Source: Candidatus Eiseniibacteriota bacterium (GTDB lineage Bacteria > Eisenbacteria > RBG-16-71-46). Taken from it: a stretch of 64,000 nt of DNA. Below are positions 18,644-28,008 of this stretch, piece after piece; position 1 is the first letter of the stretch, and each line of letters opens with the position of its first letter. Under the pieces are notes generated by a model, which saw only the letters and a list, made by a program, of their open reading frames with translations, was not told the origin of the DNA and did not search any database. The position numbers and the translations under genes are program-made. The DNA lies in NCBI GenBank assembly GCA_963717505.1, contig OY970342.1:1024001-1088000 (forward strand), in the 5' to 3' direction.

Positions 18644-18910
18644 TCCCAAGACACTTCACATTGTACGGACCCGGATTCGGCTGTACAGCCATTTCTTCGT
18701 TACGGGCACGATGGTGGACCCCTCAACGGAGCGAAAGCGGGCGGCCGCGGCCCTTGAAAAGTCCTCGGGGTCGGCCTCTGTTAGATACAGGCCGGTAATC
18801 CGACGGTCATTCGGCCTCAACATTGTTCCTCTAGGCTTTCTGTGGGGTCGTGGTACAGTTTCTCCCGCGAAGGGAGCCGCGCCCCTCAAACCCGCAGTGA
18901 GGAGGGCTGG

Positions 18911-19144
18911 ATGAATCGCATCATCCTGCTCCAAGAGCTGGGCCCAGCGATTGCGCAGGGCTTCAGCGAGTTCGTACGCGAGCACATCATCGACGACGAT
19001 CCGTGGGATCCGGAGACGGTGCTCGCGTTGTTGTCGGCCGCCGTGGGCCGTCCGCTGCCGAGTCGGCTCGGCGGCTACGTATTCTTGAACGCCGCGACGA
19101 CGGCGACCGCCCTGCGCACCGAGGGATCGGGCCGCTTGGCGTGA
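18911..19144 (+). CDS. Small hypothetical protein, 77 aa
   Basis: Strong RBS GAGGAGGG, upstream TGnTACAGT extended -10-like box (18851-18859); last 70 nt overlap the convergent nitroreductase gene. Confidence 0.55.
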   Translation: MNRIILLQELGPAIAQGFSEFVREHIIDDDPWDPETVLALLSAAVGRPLPSRLGGYVFLNAATTATALRTEGSGRLA

Positions 19145-20205
19145 CCGAAGCGAACCAGCATCAGCGGTTCGCTCTTGGTCGCTGAAAAACGCGCGAGCAC
19201 GTCGTCGCGATAGTCCGCCAGATCGATCGCATCGTTGATCGGCTGGTGCGCGATTCCCAGTTGCGTGGCCTTGAGCGCGATCCGCTCGTAGACCTGCCCG
19301 CCCATCAACCACGCGTTCTCCCCCGACTTCTCCCCGGAGAGCAACGCCACCTCTCCCGCCGAACGCATGCAGGAGTGTGCGCGCCGGCCGGCGGCCTCGA
19401 TCCCGAAGCGGTGCATGCGACTGTTCGGATCGAAGTAGCGACCCGCGAACCAGCGCGCGAGTCCGCCGTGCTCCATGGCGTCGACCGTGACGCCATCGCC
19501 GCGCTTGCGCGCTTCGTCCTCGCCGAACCGCATCCAGGCGAGTTGTTCGGCCGCGGTCTTTCGTTCGCGAGCTCGGGCTTCGGCGGCGGCACGCGCGACG
19601 TCGGCCAGGTCGCGAATCTCGTCCTCGGAATCCAGCCAGTCGAGCCGATAGCCGTCCGGGACCTGAGCCGTCATCTGCGCCCGATTTTCGCGGAAGATGC
19701 CGCGGCCATCGAATCCGCGCCGGTTGGTGCGACGGTTCGGGATCGCGTGGAAGAGCGCCACGTCGCGTGGTGTATCGCCGGCGGTCCATGAGATTTCGGC
19801 CACGACCGCGTCCGTCCGTCCGCGCGGAAAGTGCGTGACCGCCGGTCGCAGGCCGTACGCGCGCGCGGCGACCAGGAGATTCTCGAGTGCGGCGCCGAGC
19901 GAAATCATCGTGCCGCGGCGAGTCGGGTCGAGCGCCGGCAGGACGCGGCGCGTGTCGGCGACCACCCGGATCGAGCCGTCGACCTCGAATCGCCAGGGCT
20001 GCGTGTTCCAGTCGCTCGGCGCCAGTACGGCCGCCGCGACCAGCGCCCGCGCCAGCTCGACCGGGTCCGAGGGCGGGACACTCGGCAGCGACCATGCCTG
20101 GAGGGCCGCCGAATTCTTCTTGGCGGCGATCGCCCAATCCCCGGGGCGCAGCATGGTGAACGCGGCGGCGCCAGCGGCCATGGCCAGAAACCGCCTGCGG
20201 TCCAC
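19075..20205 (-). CDS. Tat-exported Acg-family FMN-binding nitroreductase-like protein
   Basis: DRRRFLAMAAGAAA twin-arginine signal; AVLAPSDWNTQPWRF, SLGAALENL, IPNRRTNR, GQVYERIAL, RFGHA...SVRR. Start GTG 20205 (or 20211) is inferred. Confidence 0.88.
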   Translation of the reverse strand: MDRRRFLAMAAGAAAFTMLRPGDWAIAAKKNSAALQAWSLPSVPPSDPVELARALVAAAVLAPSDWNTQPWRFEVDGSIRVVADTRRVLPALDPTRRGTMISLGAALENLLVAARAYGLRPAVTHFPRGRTDAVVAEISWTAGDTPRDVALFHAIPNRRTNRRGFDGRGIFRENRAQMTAQVPDGYRLDWLDSEDEIRDLADVARAAAEARARERKTAAEQLAWMRFGEDEARKRGDGVTVDAMEHGGLARWFAGRYFDPNSRMHRFGIEAAGRRAHSCMRSAGEVALLSGEKSGENAWLMGGQVYERIALKATQLGIAHQPINDAIDLADYRDDVLARFSATKSEPLMLVRFGHAKRPDPSVRRAVAVVAAFKNT

Positions 20206-20406
20206 CGTCACCTTCGGCCGGCTCGCGGAATCAGAGCGACGAGTCCGGGTTGCGGGTCTACCCAGAGATCGAACTCCTCGAAAGGCCGGCAGCCCGTCGA
20301 TCCCTGATCGGCGCCGCCAGCGAGGCTTGAAGCTGGCCGACAGAGTGTCGGAGTGCCGACGGGCCGTCAATGCCCTGACCGCAAACCTCTGCGGCGCAAT
20401 GGGTAA

Positions 20407-20829
20407 CTACTTACAGCGGAGTGAGGCGACCATCTGGCGCGCCTGCCGGGCGCGGGACTCGGCGCTCGCGAGGTCTCCCTGGGCAATCGCCGATCGGACG
20501 CGCGCGAGCAAGGCGTTCGCGGAGTCGACGATGCCTTCCTGGTCGGGCAGGAGCTTGATGCCCTGGCAATCACGCAATGCTTTGCGGACCGCCAGCGTGT
20601 CGGCGGCAATACGCTCGGAGGCACTCGATCGAGTGCGGTCCGACATGGGCGCCGGTTTCGCCGCCTGCGCCGAGTCCGCCGTGGCCCCGGGTTGGACTGG
20701 GGTCGGGCGATCGTCGATCGGCACCGAGCTGCGTCGCTTGGGACTGCCGGCGCAGCCCGACGCGACCGCGGCCAGCACGACGAGCATCGCGATCAGCGCA
20801 CCCGCCGGGACCCGGGGGCCCCTCACCAC
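20407..20829 (-). CDS. Small helical lipoprotein, hypothetical
   Basis: GGAG RBS, GTG start, hydrophobic stretch ending VASG-C, Pro-rich linker, helical C-terminus with two Cys. Confidence 0.7.
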   Translation of the reverse strand: MVRGPRVPAGALIAMLVVLAAVASGCAGSPKRRSSVPIDDRPTPVQPGATADSAQAAKPAPMSDRTRSSASERIAADTLAVRKALRDCQGIKLLPDQEGIVDSANALLARVRSAIAQGDLASAESRARQARQMVASLRCK

Positions 20830-21017
20830 CCGACACTCCGCCCGGTCCCTGCTGGGGTGAATCGAGCTCAACGGCCGCGCCGCGCGCCACTCACCGCCGG
20901 CATCGCAGGGGGCGTGCCGGTCCTGCGAGGCGATGCTGGATCGAGTCATCGAGCCCGCCGCGCGACCGCGGGTCGACAGCGACGACCAAACCGAGGCGAG
21001 GAGCCGGCTCACCAGGA

Positions 21018-21647
21018 TCAGTAGACGATCGAGTAGTTGAGCTTGAGGCCAACCTGCGTGGTCGTGCCTTCCTTGGGCGCGAACACGGGATTCGGATCGT
21101 CGGTCGCGACATCGATCCAACTGAACCTGACGTCCAGCCCGAGCACGCCGGCGCGGTAGATCGGCGTGTTGGCGCCGAGCAATATGTAGTAGCCGGGTTC
21201 GAATTGCCCACTGTCGTCGCCGGTTCGATAGTACTTGCGGTAGTAGGCGCCGCCGCCGAACCCGACGTAGGGGCGAATCTCGTTGGTCCAGCGCATGTGC
21301 CGGACCAGCTCGAGCGTCAGCGGGATCGAGTATTCGGTCGCGTTGCCGAGCGAGCCCAGATTCTCGACGTGCACGTAGCCGCCGAACGAGAACTTCGGCA
21401 GCATCTTGGTGAGCATTCGGCTGTAGCCGAAGCCGGCGCCGAAGCCGGCGTCGGGGGCATTGCCCTCGCCCGACCGCGCGGTCCCCATGCGCAGAGAGAC
21501 CCATTGGGTTCCGGGGGCCCACGGGCTCTCGGGACCGACCGCAGCCTGGGCGCACGGCACCGCCACCGGGAGGGTCCAGGCCGCGAGTGCAGCGAGCGTC
21601 CCCACGAACGTCCAGAGGAGCGACCGCCGCGACGGATTGATCCTCAC
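21018..21647 (-). CDS. Outer-membrane beta-barrel protein (OmpA/OmpW-like)
   Basis: AAAGGAG RBS + GTG; signal peptide; RPYVGFGGG strand; terminal QVGLKLNY strand. Confidence 0.8.
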   Translation of the reverse strand: MRINPSRRSLLWTFVGTLAALAAWTLPVAVPCAQAAVGPESPWAPGTQWVSLRMGTARSGEGNAPDAGFGAGFGYSRMLTKMLPKFSFGGYVHVENLGSLGNATEYSIPLTLELVRHMRWTNEIRPYVGFGGGAYYRKYYRTGDDSGQFEPGYYILLGANTPIYRAGVLGLDVRFSWIDVATDDPNPVFAPKEGTTTQVGLKLNYSIVY

Positions 21648-21876
21648 ATCCGACTCCTTTCCATTTGGCACTCGAACTCCCGGCCTTCTCGTCCCGTGAC
21701 GGGACAGGGCGGGAGACGCTAGCAACCGCGGGCTCCGACCACAAGCCGGCGGCAGGCCGAGGCCGCGTCTTTCGGGAACCCCTCGTGGCCGCCCCCCGCT
21801 ACGCGGAGACGCTCCCTCCGATTCGAGGCGGATTGGACTTCCCCCGTCGCGGAAGCTTCGTTAGCTTGTGGGGCTC

Positions 21877-23157
21877 ATGAGCCCGGTCCGCTCCCTGCGT
21901 CCGCCCCCGCTTCGCTATCGTGCCGCGCGCCGCACCGACGTCGAGACTCTGGCCGACCTCGGCATGCGCGCTTATCGCGTTTCGAGCCTCGAGCAGCGCC
22001 GCGAGTTCTACACCGATCATCCCCGGTTCGGCCTGCGCGACGTGCGCGTCGGCGAGCTCGATGGTCAGGTGGTTGCCTCGCTCGTGCTCTATTCGTTCAC
22101 CAGCTACGTGCGGGGCACCCGGGTACCGCTCACCGGTATCGGGTCGGTGGCGGTGTCCCCGGAGCATCGCCGCCGCGGCGTCGGCGAGGCGCTGATGCGC
22201 GCCGCCTTGCGCGAGGCCCGCCAGGAAGGTCGAGCGTTCGTCATGCTCTACCCGTTTCGCGCGTCGTACTACGGGCGGCTCGGCTTCGGCACGATCGAAG
22301 TCGTCCAGGAGCTGGCGATCGCGCCCGGCAACCTGCCGGACTCCGACGAGGCACGCTTCACGCGACGACTGATGCTCCCCGACCGGCCCGCGGTCCAGGC
22401 GCTGTTCGAGCGCGTGGTCGCCGCCCAGGGGCACTTCGCGCTCACGCGTAGTCCGGACTGGTGGCATCGGCGGCTATGGACCTATCCCGGCGACTGGATT
22501 ATCTACGAGGGCCGGCGCCGCGGTCAGATCGAAGGTTACCTCTACTACGAAGTGGATTCTTCGCACGGCCCGTTCCGCCTGGCGCTGGCGCTCAACGAAT
22601 TCGTGGCCGCCACCCCCGAGGCGCATCGCGGCCTGGTCGGCTACCTGCGCTCGCTCTCGGACCAGGTCCAGGAGATCCACTACGCAGCACCCGGCGACAA
22701 CGGCTGGATTGCGATGCTCAAGACCGCGCAGAACCTGAGACCCGGCGCCGAGATCGGACTGTTCCACGACACCGGCAACGTCGCCCACGGCGCAATGCTG
22801 CGGCTGACCGACCCCAAGCTCGCGCTCGAGTCGCTGCCGGCGGCACCCGGAGTGCGCGGCGAGCTGCTGCTCGAGGTCGACGATCCGGTGCTGCCGGTCA
22901 ACTCGCGCGGCTATCGCGTCACGGTGCGCGACGGGAAATTCAAGGTCTCGTTCCAATCGACGCGACGCGGCCCGCGCGCCAAGCTGCCGCGGCTGGTGGT
23001 CGACGCCGAAGCCCTCGGCCCGCTGGTTGCGGGCGCCTGGTCGCCGACCCGTGCCACCGAGATGGGCCTGATCCGGTCGGTCCACGGCGGCGCCGAGGTC
23101 GCCGAGCACTGGTTCCGGGCGCGGCCGGCGTTCCTGTACCAGATGAACGCGTTCTGA
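21877..23157 (+). CDS. Eis-family GNAT acetyltransferase (GNAT-GNAT-SCP2)
   Basis: GIGSVAVSPEHRRRGVG, LYPF...YYGRLGFG, MLRLTD, LEVDDPVLPVN, C-terminal Phe as in Eis proteins. Confidence 0.9.
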   Translation: MSPVRSLRPPPLRYRAARRTDVETLADLGMRAYRVSSLEQRREFYTDHPRFGLRDVRVGELDGQVVASLVLYSFTSYVRGTRVPLTGIGSVAVSPEHRRRGVGEALMRAALREARQEGRAFVMLYPFRASYYGRLGFGTIEVVQELAIAPGNLPDSDEARFTRRLMLPDRPAVQALFERVVAAQGHFALTRSPDWWHRRLWTYPGDWIIYEGRRRGQIEGYLYYEVDSSHGPFRLALALNEFVAATPEAHRGLVGYLRSLSDQVQEIHYAAPGDNGWIAMLKTAQNLRPGAEIGLFHDTGNVAHGAMLRLTDPKLALESLPAAPGVRGELLLEVDDPVLPVNSRGYRVTVRDGKFKVSFQSTRRGPRAKLPRLVVDAEALGPLVAGAWSPTRATEMGLIRSVHGGAEVAEHWFRARPAFLYQMNAF

Positions 23158-23170
23158 GTTCGGAACCCCG

Positions 23171-23611
23171 GTGAGCGAGCCCGCGTTTCCGGTCCGCCAG
23201 ATCGTGCAACCCCGATTTCGCGACACCGATGCGATGGGCCACATCAACAACGCGGTCTACATCACCTACCTCGAAGTGGCGCGCCAGGAGTACTGGGCCC
23301 GGCTCGACGGCACCACCGACTACCAGCGGGTACCGTTCATCCTCGCGCACGTGCGCTGCGACTTCCGCTCCGAGGCGTTGATGCACGAGACGCTGGCGAT
23401 CGACATCCGTTGCCCATGGATCGGCGGCAAGTCGTTCGCGTTCGCCTACGAGATCCGCGATCAGGCCACCGGCCGCCTGGTGGTCGAGGCCGAGACCGTG
23501 CAGGTCTGTTACGACTACGCGAGCAAGCGCAGCATCCCGATGCCCGAGGCCCTGCGACACGCGCTCGAGGCGTTCGAAGGGCGGAGCCTGAGCCGTGCTG
23601 CCCACACGTGA
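23171..23611 (+). CDS. Acyl-CoA thioesterase (4HBT/YbgC/FadM hotdog family)
   Basis: RFRDTDAMGHINNAVYITYLE motif. Confidence 0.92.
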   Translation: MSEPAFPVRQIVQPRFRDTDAMGHINNAVYITYLEVARQEYWARLDGTTDYQRVPFILAHVRCDFRSEALMHETLAIDIRCPWIGGKSFAFAYEIRDQATGRLVVEAETVQVCYDYASKRSIPMPEALRHALEAFEGRSLSRAAHT

Positions 23612-24143
23612 GCCGTTGGAGGCAGTCGCGGCGCGATTGCGCGCCGCCGGCATTCCGTTCGCCCTGGGCGGCAGCGCGCTGCTGCATGCGATCGGGCTCG
23701 AGAGCCGAGTCGGCGACTGGGATCTGACCACCGACGCCGAGGTCGATGACGTCGCCCTGGCACTCGACGACCTCGAGCCGGCGCGCCACGGTCACTCGGG
23801 CGTCCACGCGGATCACAAGCTGGTGTGCTTCGGCGGCACGGTCGAGGTGATCTGCCGCATGGCGTTCTTCACGCCGGGAGGCATCGTGCGCATTCCCACC
23901 GTGGCAACCGCAACCTGGGAAGGCCATCCGGTCGGCAGCCCGGCGGCGTGGGCTGTGGCGTACGCCCTGATGGCCGGCGAGAAAGCCGGCTACGAGTCGA
24001 AGGCCGAGCGGTTGTTCGCGTGGACGGTCGGGCGGATCACCGAGGCCGAGCGCTCGGCGCTGGCGCGCGAGCCGGTCCCGGCGGCGATTGCCGCGCGTCT
24101 CGCGCCCGCCGCAGTCGAGACTAGAGAATCTCCGCCAGCTTGA
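23595..24143 (+). CDS. Small Pol-beta-type nucleotidyltransferase-fold protein
   Basis: FALGGSALL...GDWDLTTD (GS...DxD) and downstream VEVI. Confidence 0.72.
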   Translation: MLPTREPLEAVAARLRAAGIPFALGGSALLHAIGLESRVGDWDLTTDAEVDDVALALDDLEPARHGHSGVHADHKLVCFGGTVEVICRMAFFTPGGIVRIPTVATATWEGHPVGSPAAWAVAYALMAGEKAGYESKAERLFAWTVGRITEAERSALAREPVPAAIAARLAPAAVETRESPPA

Positions 24144-26007
24144 GCGTGAGTTTCCGGCGCTTGCCGTCGCGCAGGATCTCGAACTGGACCTTGGTGCCCA
24201 CCGGTTGTTGTTCGAACAGGCGCTCCACCTCGGCGTAGCCGAGCTCGAGTGGCGCTTTCCCGTTTAGCGCCGCGACCCGGTCGCCGGCTCGCAACCCGGC
24301 GCGCTCGGCCGCCGAACCGGCGACCACCTGAGCCACCTGGACTTCGTCCTGCATGCGCGCGAGCAGGACGCCGGCGCGCGTGAAGCGATCGCGTTCCTTG
24401 TATTTCGCACCCGGGGTCAAATAGAGAATTCGGCGCTCGTAGTCGAAGATGCAGTGGAAGCGTTCGAGCAACTGGTTGCCGATGTTGCCCGCATAGTCCT
24501 CGCTTGCGAGCGCCCCCTGGGTCGCGCCCGACAGGCCGACCACCGGCTCGCGGACCACGAAAGGCCCGAGAGCGAGCGAGTCCATTCGGGTCAGCGTGTT
24601 CTCGAACGTGCCGCCAAATCCGCCGCCGAGCACGGGAACCCGCGGACGCGAATCCCGGTCGAGCCCGTTCGCCAGGACAAAAGGCGTGTGCAGGTCGACG
24701 GTCGAGCCGCTGCCAACATCGACGCGAAACGAGCCGGTCCATCGATCGTCGAGCTTCAGGGTCACCACCGGAATCGTGCCGGCCAGCTGCATCGGGATCG
24801 GGGTCGCGGATTCGAGCGCGGTGAAGCCCTTGGGGTCGCGGAGCGTCAGGCGGCGCTCGTCGTAGTCGATCTCGTTCACGAACCGGGTGATGAAGTCGTA
24901 ACCGATCACTCCAGCGCATTCTCTCCAAAAGAACGGCGCGAGGATCGGGTTGAGCGACAAGACAGCAACTTTCTGGTTCCGGATCAGGATGCCGTCCCCG
25001 TCCGGCCCGGAGACACTCAGCGAGTCGAGTGACGCCAGAGCCGCGCCGCCCGAGGCGCCGGCGCCGACGCTCTGCAGCCTGCCCTCGGTCTTGATCCCGA
25101 TTCGAGCGGCGTAGGCGCTGTCGAGCACGGTCAGGCTCGCGCCGGTGTCGTACAGGAAGTCCGCCGGTGGATGCCCGTTTACCGCAGCGCGCAGCCAGAC
25201 GTGCCGACTTTGATACTCGAAGGGGAGCGTCGCCCGGCCGGGAGTGCTCAGGAACGTCGGCGCGCTCGCCGCCGATCCCGGCGGCGCAAAGCGATCGTCG
25301 TCGACCTCGACGTTGATCGCCATCGAGTCGATGCGCACGGTGATGTCGTTGGCCGGCATGCCTTCGATGCGCGTGACCACGGTAAAAGCCGTGAGTCGGG
25401 CGGGCACACCGGGCGCCGAGGGTCCCGGCCGATAGTCCGACAGGTCGGTGGTGGTCGAGTGCTGGTCGTTGCGGCCGGTCACCCGCTCTAGCAGGCCGTT
25501 GTCGCGGCGGAACGCATAGCGTCGCGACCGGCCGTACGGCGGGGTGATCTCGAGCACCGTGCCGTCGGCCGATCCGGAGTCACGCACCACTTCGATGCGC
25601 CCGCCACCCTGGTCCCGCGCCAGCCAGCGCTCGGTGTCGAACCAGACCGAGGCCCGCGCTTCTTCGAGGTCCTTGCCGTCGAGCCAGGCCAGCGCTCCGC
25701 CGGGATCCACGCGCCACGCGCGCTCGCCCAGGCACCCGGTGCTCACGTGAATCGGGCCGATCGCAGTGACCTCGATGCGCGCGTCCGGCGATCGAGTCCA
25801 GACCGTGGTCGCGCCTTCGAGCCCGAATGCGCTCACGTTCGCCCGCACGTAGGCGCTGCGAACTCCGGTCACCGCAGTCTCGCCCCCGGTCGCCTCGACG
25901 TAGCGCGCGAGCACCTTTTCGGCTTCCGGGGTGATTTCCGCCCGCGCCACGGTTGCGGCCAGAGCGACTGTCGCGAGCAGGGTGCCCAGCCGTTGCCAAC
26001 GATTCAC
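24121..26007 (-). CDS. Exported aspartyl protease with two retropepsin-like domains and a C-terminal PDZ domain
   Basis: GGAG RBS + GTG; signal peptide; FLYDTGAS...GVIGYDF, FRVDVGS...GNIGNQLL; GSAAERAGLRAGDRV PDZ motif. Confidence 0.88.
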   Translation of the reverse strand: MNRWQRLGTLLATVALAATVARAEITPEAEKVLARYVEATGGETAVTGVRSAYVRANVSAFGLEGATTVWTRSPDARIEVTAIGPIHVSTGCLGERAWRVDPGGALAWLDGKDLEEARASVWFDTERWLARDQGGGRIEVVRDSGSADGTVLEITPPYGRSRRYAFRRDNGLLERVTGRNDQHSTTTDLSDYRPGPSAPGVPARLTAFTVVTRIEGMPANDITVRIDSMAINVEVDDDRFAPPGSAASAPTFLSTPGRATLPFEYQSRHVWLRAAVNGHPPADFLYDTGASLTVLDSAYAARIGIKTEGRLQSVGAGASGGAALASLDSLSVSGPDGDGILIRNQKVAVLSLNPILAPFFWRECAGVIGYDFITRFVNEIDYDERRLTLRDPKGFTALESATPIPMQLAGTIPVVTLKLDDRWTGSFRVDVGSGSTVDLHTPFVLANGLDRDSRPRVPVLGGGFGGTFENTLTRMDSLALGPFVVREPVVGLSGATQGALASEDYAGNIGNQLLERFHCIFDYERRILYLTPGAKYKERDRFTRAGVLLARMQDEVQVAQVVAGSAAERAGLRAGDRVAALNGKAPLELGYAEVERLFEQQPVGTKVQFEILRDGKRRKLTLKLAEIL

Positions 26008-26110
26008 GCGTATCTCCGATCCCGGTTGAGGTTGCCCCGAGCACACTAGACAACGCCGCGGGCCGCGGGCAATCGGCGACGTGGGCGGATCCCGAGCCCC
26101 GGGTGGGAGG

Positions 26111-26140
26111 TTGCACGAGCGGAACCCGCGCGGCTATCTT
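26111..26140 (+). promoter_or_regulatory. Sigma70-type promoter
   Basis: TTGCAC-N18-TATCTT, 40 nt upstream of ATG 26181. Confidence 0.55.
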
Positions 26141-26180
26141 GCGCCCGCACCCCGCAGGCGTTCGACTTCGACGGAGGTAG

Positions 26181-26627
26181 ATGATGAATCGCACGATGCT
26201 CGCCGCGGCCTTCGCGCTGCTGCTGCCCGTCACCGCCACCGCCAGCACCATGATTGGTCCGCGGGTCGGCTTCTCCGGTGATCCGGATCAATTCGTGTTC
26301 GGCGGCCACATCATGGTGACCGACGTGGCGCCCAGCCTGTCGTTCGATCCCGGTCTCGAGATCGGCGTCGGGGACGACTTCACTTCGTTCGCCCTCAACG
26401 TCGACATGCACTACCACTTCGACATCTCGGGTAGCTCGTGGCGGCCCTACGTCGGCGGCGGAGCCACGTTGTTCTTCGCCGACGAGGATTCGTTCGCGGG
26501 CGGATCGTTCCTGGCCGGCGCCGGCGTCCCGACCAAGACCGGCAACCGGTTCTTCGCCGAGTTCAAGGTCGGTCTCGGCGACGTCCCCGACTTCAAGCTC
26601 ATGGCCGGCTGGTCGTTCCCGCGCTGA
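26181..26627 (+). CDS. Small outer-membrane beta-barrel protein
   Basis: GGAGG RBS, signal peptide, RPYVGGG, alternating strands, terminal GWSF. Confidence 0.85.
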   Translation: MMNRTMLAAAFALLLPVTATASTMIGPRVGFSGDPDQFVFGGHIMVTDVAPSLSFDPGLEIGVGDDFTSFALNVDMHYHFDISGSSWRPYVGGGATLFFADEDSFAGGSFLAGAGVPTKTGNRFFAEFKVGLGDVPDFKLMAGWSFPR

Positions 26628-26673
26628 CGCGACGCGGCGCTCCGGCGCCGACGGCCGCCCGCCGCCCGACGCG

Positions 26674-28002
26674 ATGACCCAGGGCACGCCGGTCCAGGAC
26701 CGCCTGACGCTCGAGGAGCTGGCGGATGCGTGGCGGCTCCTGCCCGACGAGGACCGGGTCGTCGCCCTCAAGGAATTGTCGCAGGACCAGGCGCACGACT
26801 TCTTCTTCAGTCTGCCGACGATCGAGCAGGCGCGTATCGTCCTGGCGCTTCCCTCGGAAGAACGGCGCACCTGGGTTCGAATTCTGCCGCCGGACGACGC
26901 AGCCGACCTGATGCAGGTGATTTCCACGAGCGATCGGGAGAGCCTGCTCGGTCTGCTCGACGAGCCGACGCGCAAGGAAGTCTCGGCGCTGCTCGCCTAC
27001 GCCGAGGATCGCGCCGGCGGCCTGATGAACCCGCGCTATGCGCGTGTGCGGCCCGACGTCACGGTCGACGAAGCGATCCGCTACCTGCGCATGCAGGCGC
27101 GCGAAGCGCTCGAATCGTTCTACTACGTGTACGTCCAGGACGATCAACAGCGCCTGCTCGGCGTGGTCTCGTTCCGCGAACTGTTCTCCGCCGATCCCTC
27201 GGTGCGCGTCAAAGACATCATGCACCGCGAGGTGGTGACCGTCTCGGATCAGATGGACCAGGAGGGCGTTGCCCGCGTGTTTTCGCAACACCCGTTCACT
27301 GCGCTGCCCGCGGTCGACGCCGAGGGCCGCATGAAGGGCGTGGTCACCGCGGACGACATCGTGCACGTCGTGCGCGAAGAGGCGACCGAGGACATCCAGA
27401 AGCTGGGCGGCACGGTCGCCCTCGACGAGCCCTACATGAACGTCAGCCTGCCGGTCATGGTGAAAAAGCGCGCGGTGGTGCTGTCGGTGTTGTTCGTCGG
27501 CGAAATGCTGACCGCGACCGCGATGGGCGCCTACGAGCACCACATCGAGCGCGCCGTGGTGCTCGCGTTGTTCATCCCCTTGATCATTTCGAGCGGCGGC
27601 AACTCGGGATCGCAGGCCTCGACGCTGGTGATCCGCGCCATGGCGCTGGGTGAAGTCCGGCTTCGCGACTGGTGGCGCGTCGCCCAACGCGAGGTGATGG
27701 CCGGGCTGGCGCTCGGCTCGATCCTGGGTGTGATCGGGATGCTGCGCATCATCGTCTGGCAGCAGTTCCAGCCGATCTATGGCCCGCACTACTTGATTTT
27801 GGCCTTCACCATCGGCACCAGTCTGGTCGGCGTGGTGCTGTCCGGCACGATCGCCGGTTCTCTGTTGCCGTTTATCCTCCGGGCGTTGCGGCTCGATCCG
27901 GCGACCGCCTCGGCGCCATTCGTCGCGACGCTGGTCGACGTCACCGGTGTCATCATCTACTTCACGGTGGCCAGCCTCCTCCTGACCGGCAAGCTCCTCT
28001 AG
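26674..28002 (+). CDS. mgtE: Magnesium transporter MgtE
   Basis: PDDAADL, AGGLM, CBS pair, SSGGNSGSQ, DPATASAPFVATLVD. Confidence 0.96.
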   Translation: MTQGTPVQDRLTLEELADAWRLLPDEDRVVALKELSQDQAHDFFFSLPTIEQARIVLALPSEERRTWVRILPPDDAADLMQVISTSDRESLLGLLDEPTRKEVSALLAYAEDRAGGLMNPRYARVRPDVTVDEAIRYLRMQAREALESFYYVYVQDDQQRLLGVVSFRELFSADPSVRVKDIMHREVVTVSDQMDQEGVARVFSQHPFTALPAVDAEGRMKGVVTADDIVHVVREEATEDIQKLGGTVALDEPYMNVSLPVMVKKRAVVLSVLFVGEMLTATAMGAYEHHIERAVVLALFIPLIISSGGNSGSQASTLVIRAMALGEVRLRDWWRVAQREVMAGLALGSILGVIGMLRIIVWQQFQPIYGPHYLILAFTIGTSLVGVVLSGTIAGSLLPFILRALRLDPATASAPFVATLVDVTGVIIYFTVASLLLTGKLL

Positions 28003-28008
28003 GCCGTT

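Noticed and set aside
18662-18687. TGTAC-N16-GTACA palindrome as an operator
   Set aside because: Only 5-bp arms, single occurrence, no cognate regulator; could be chance.
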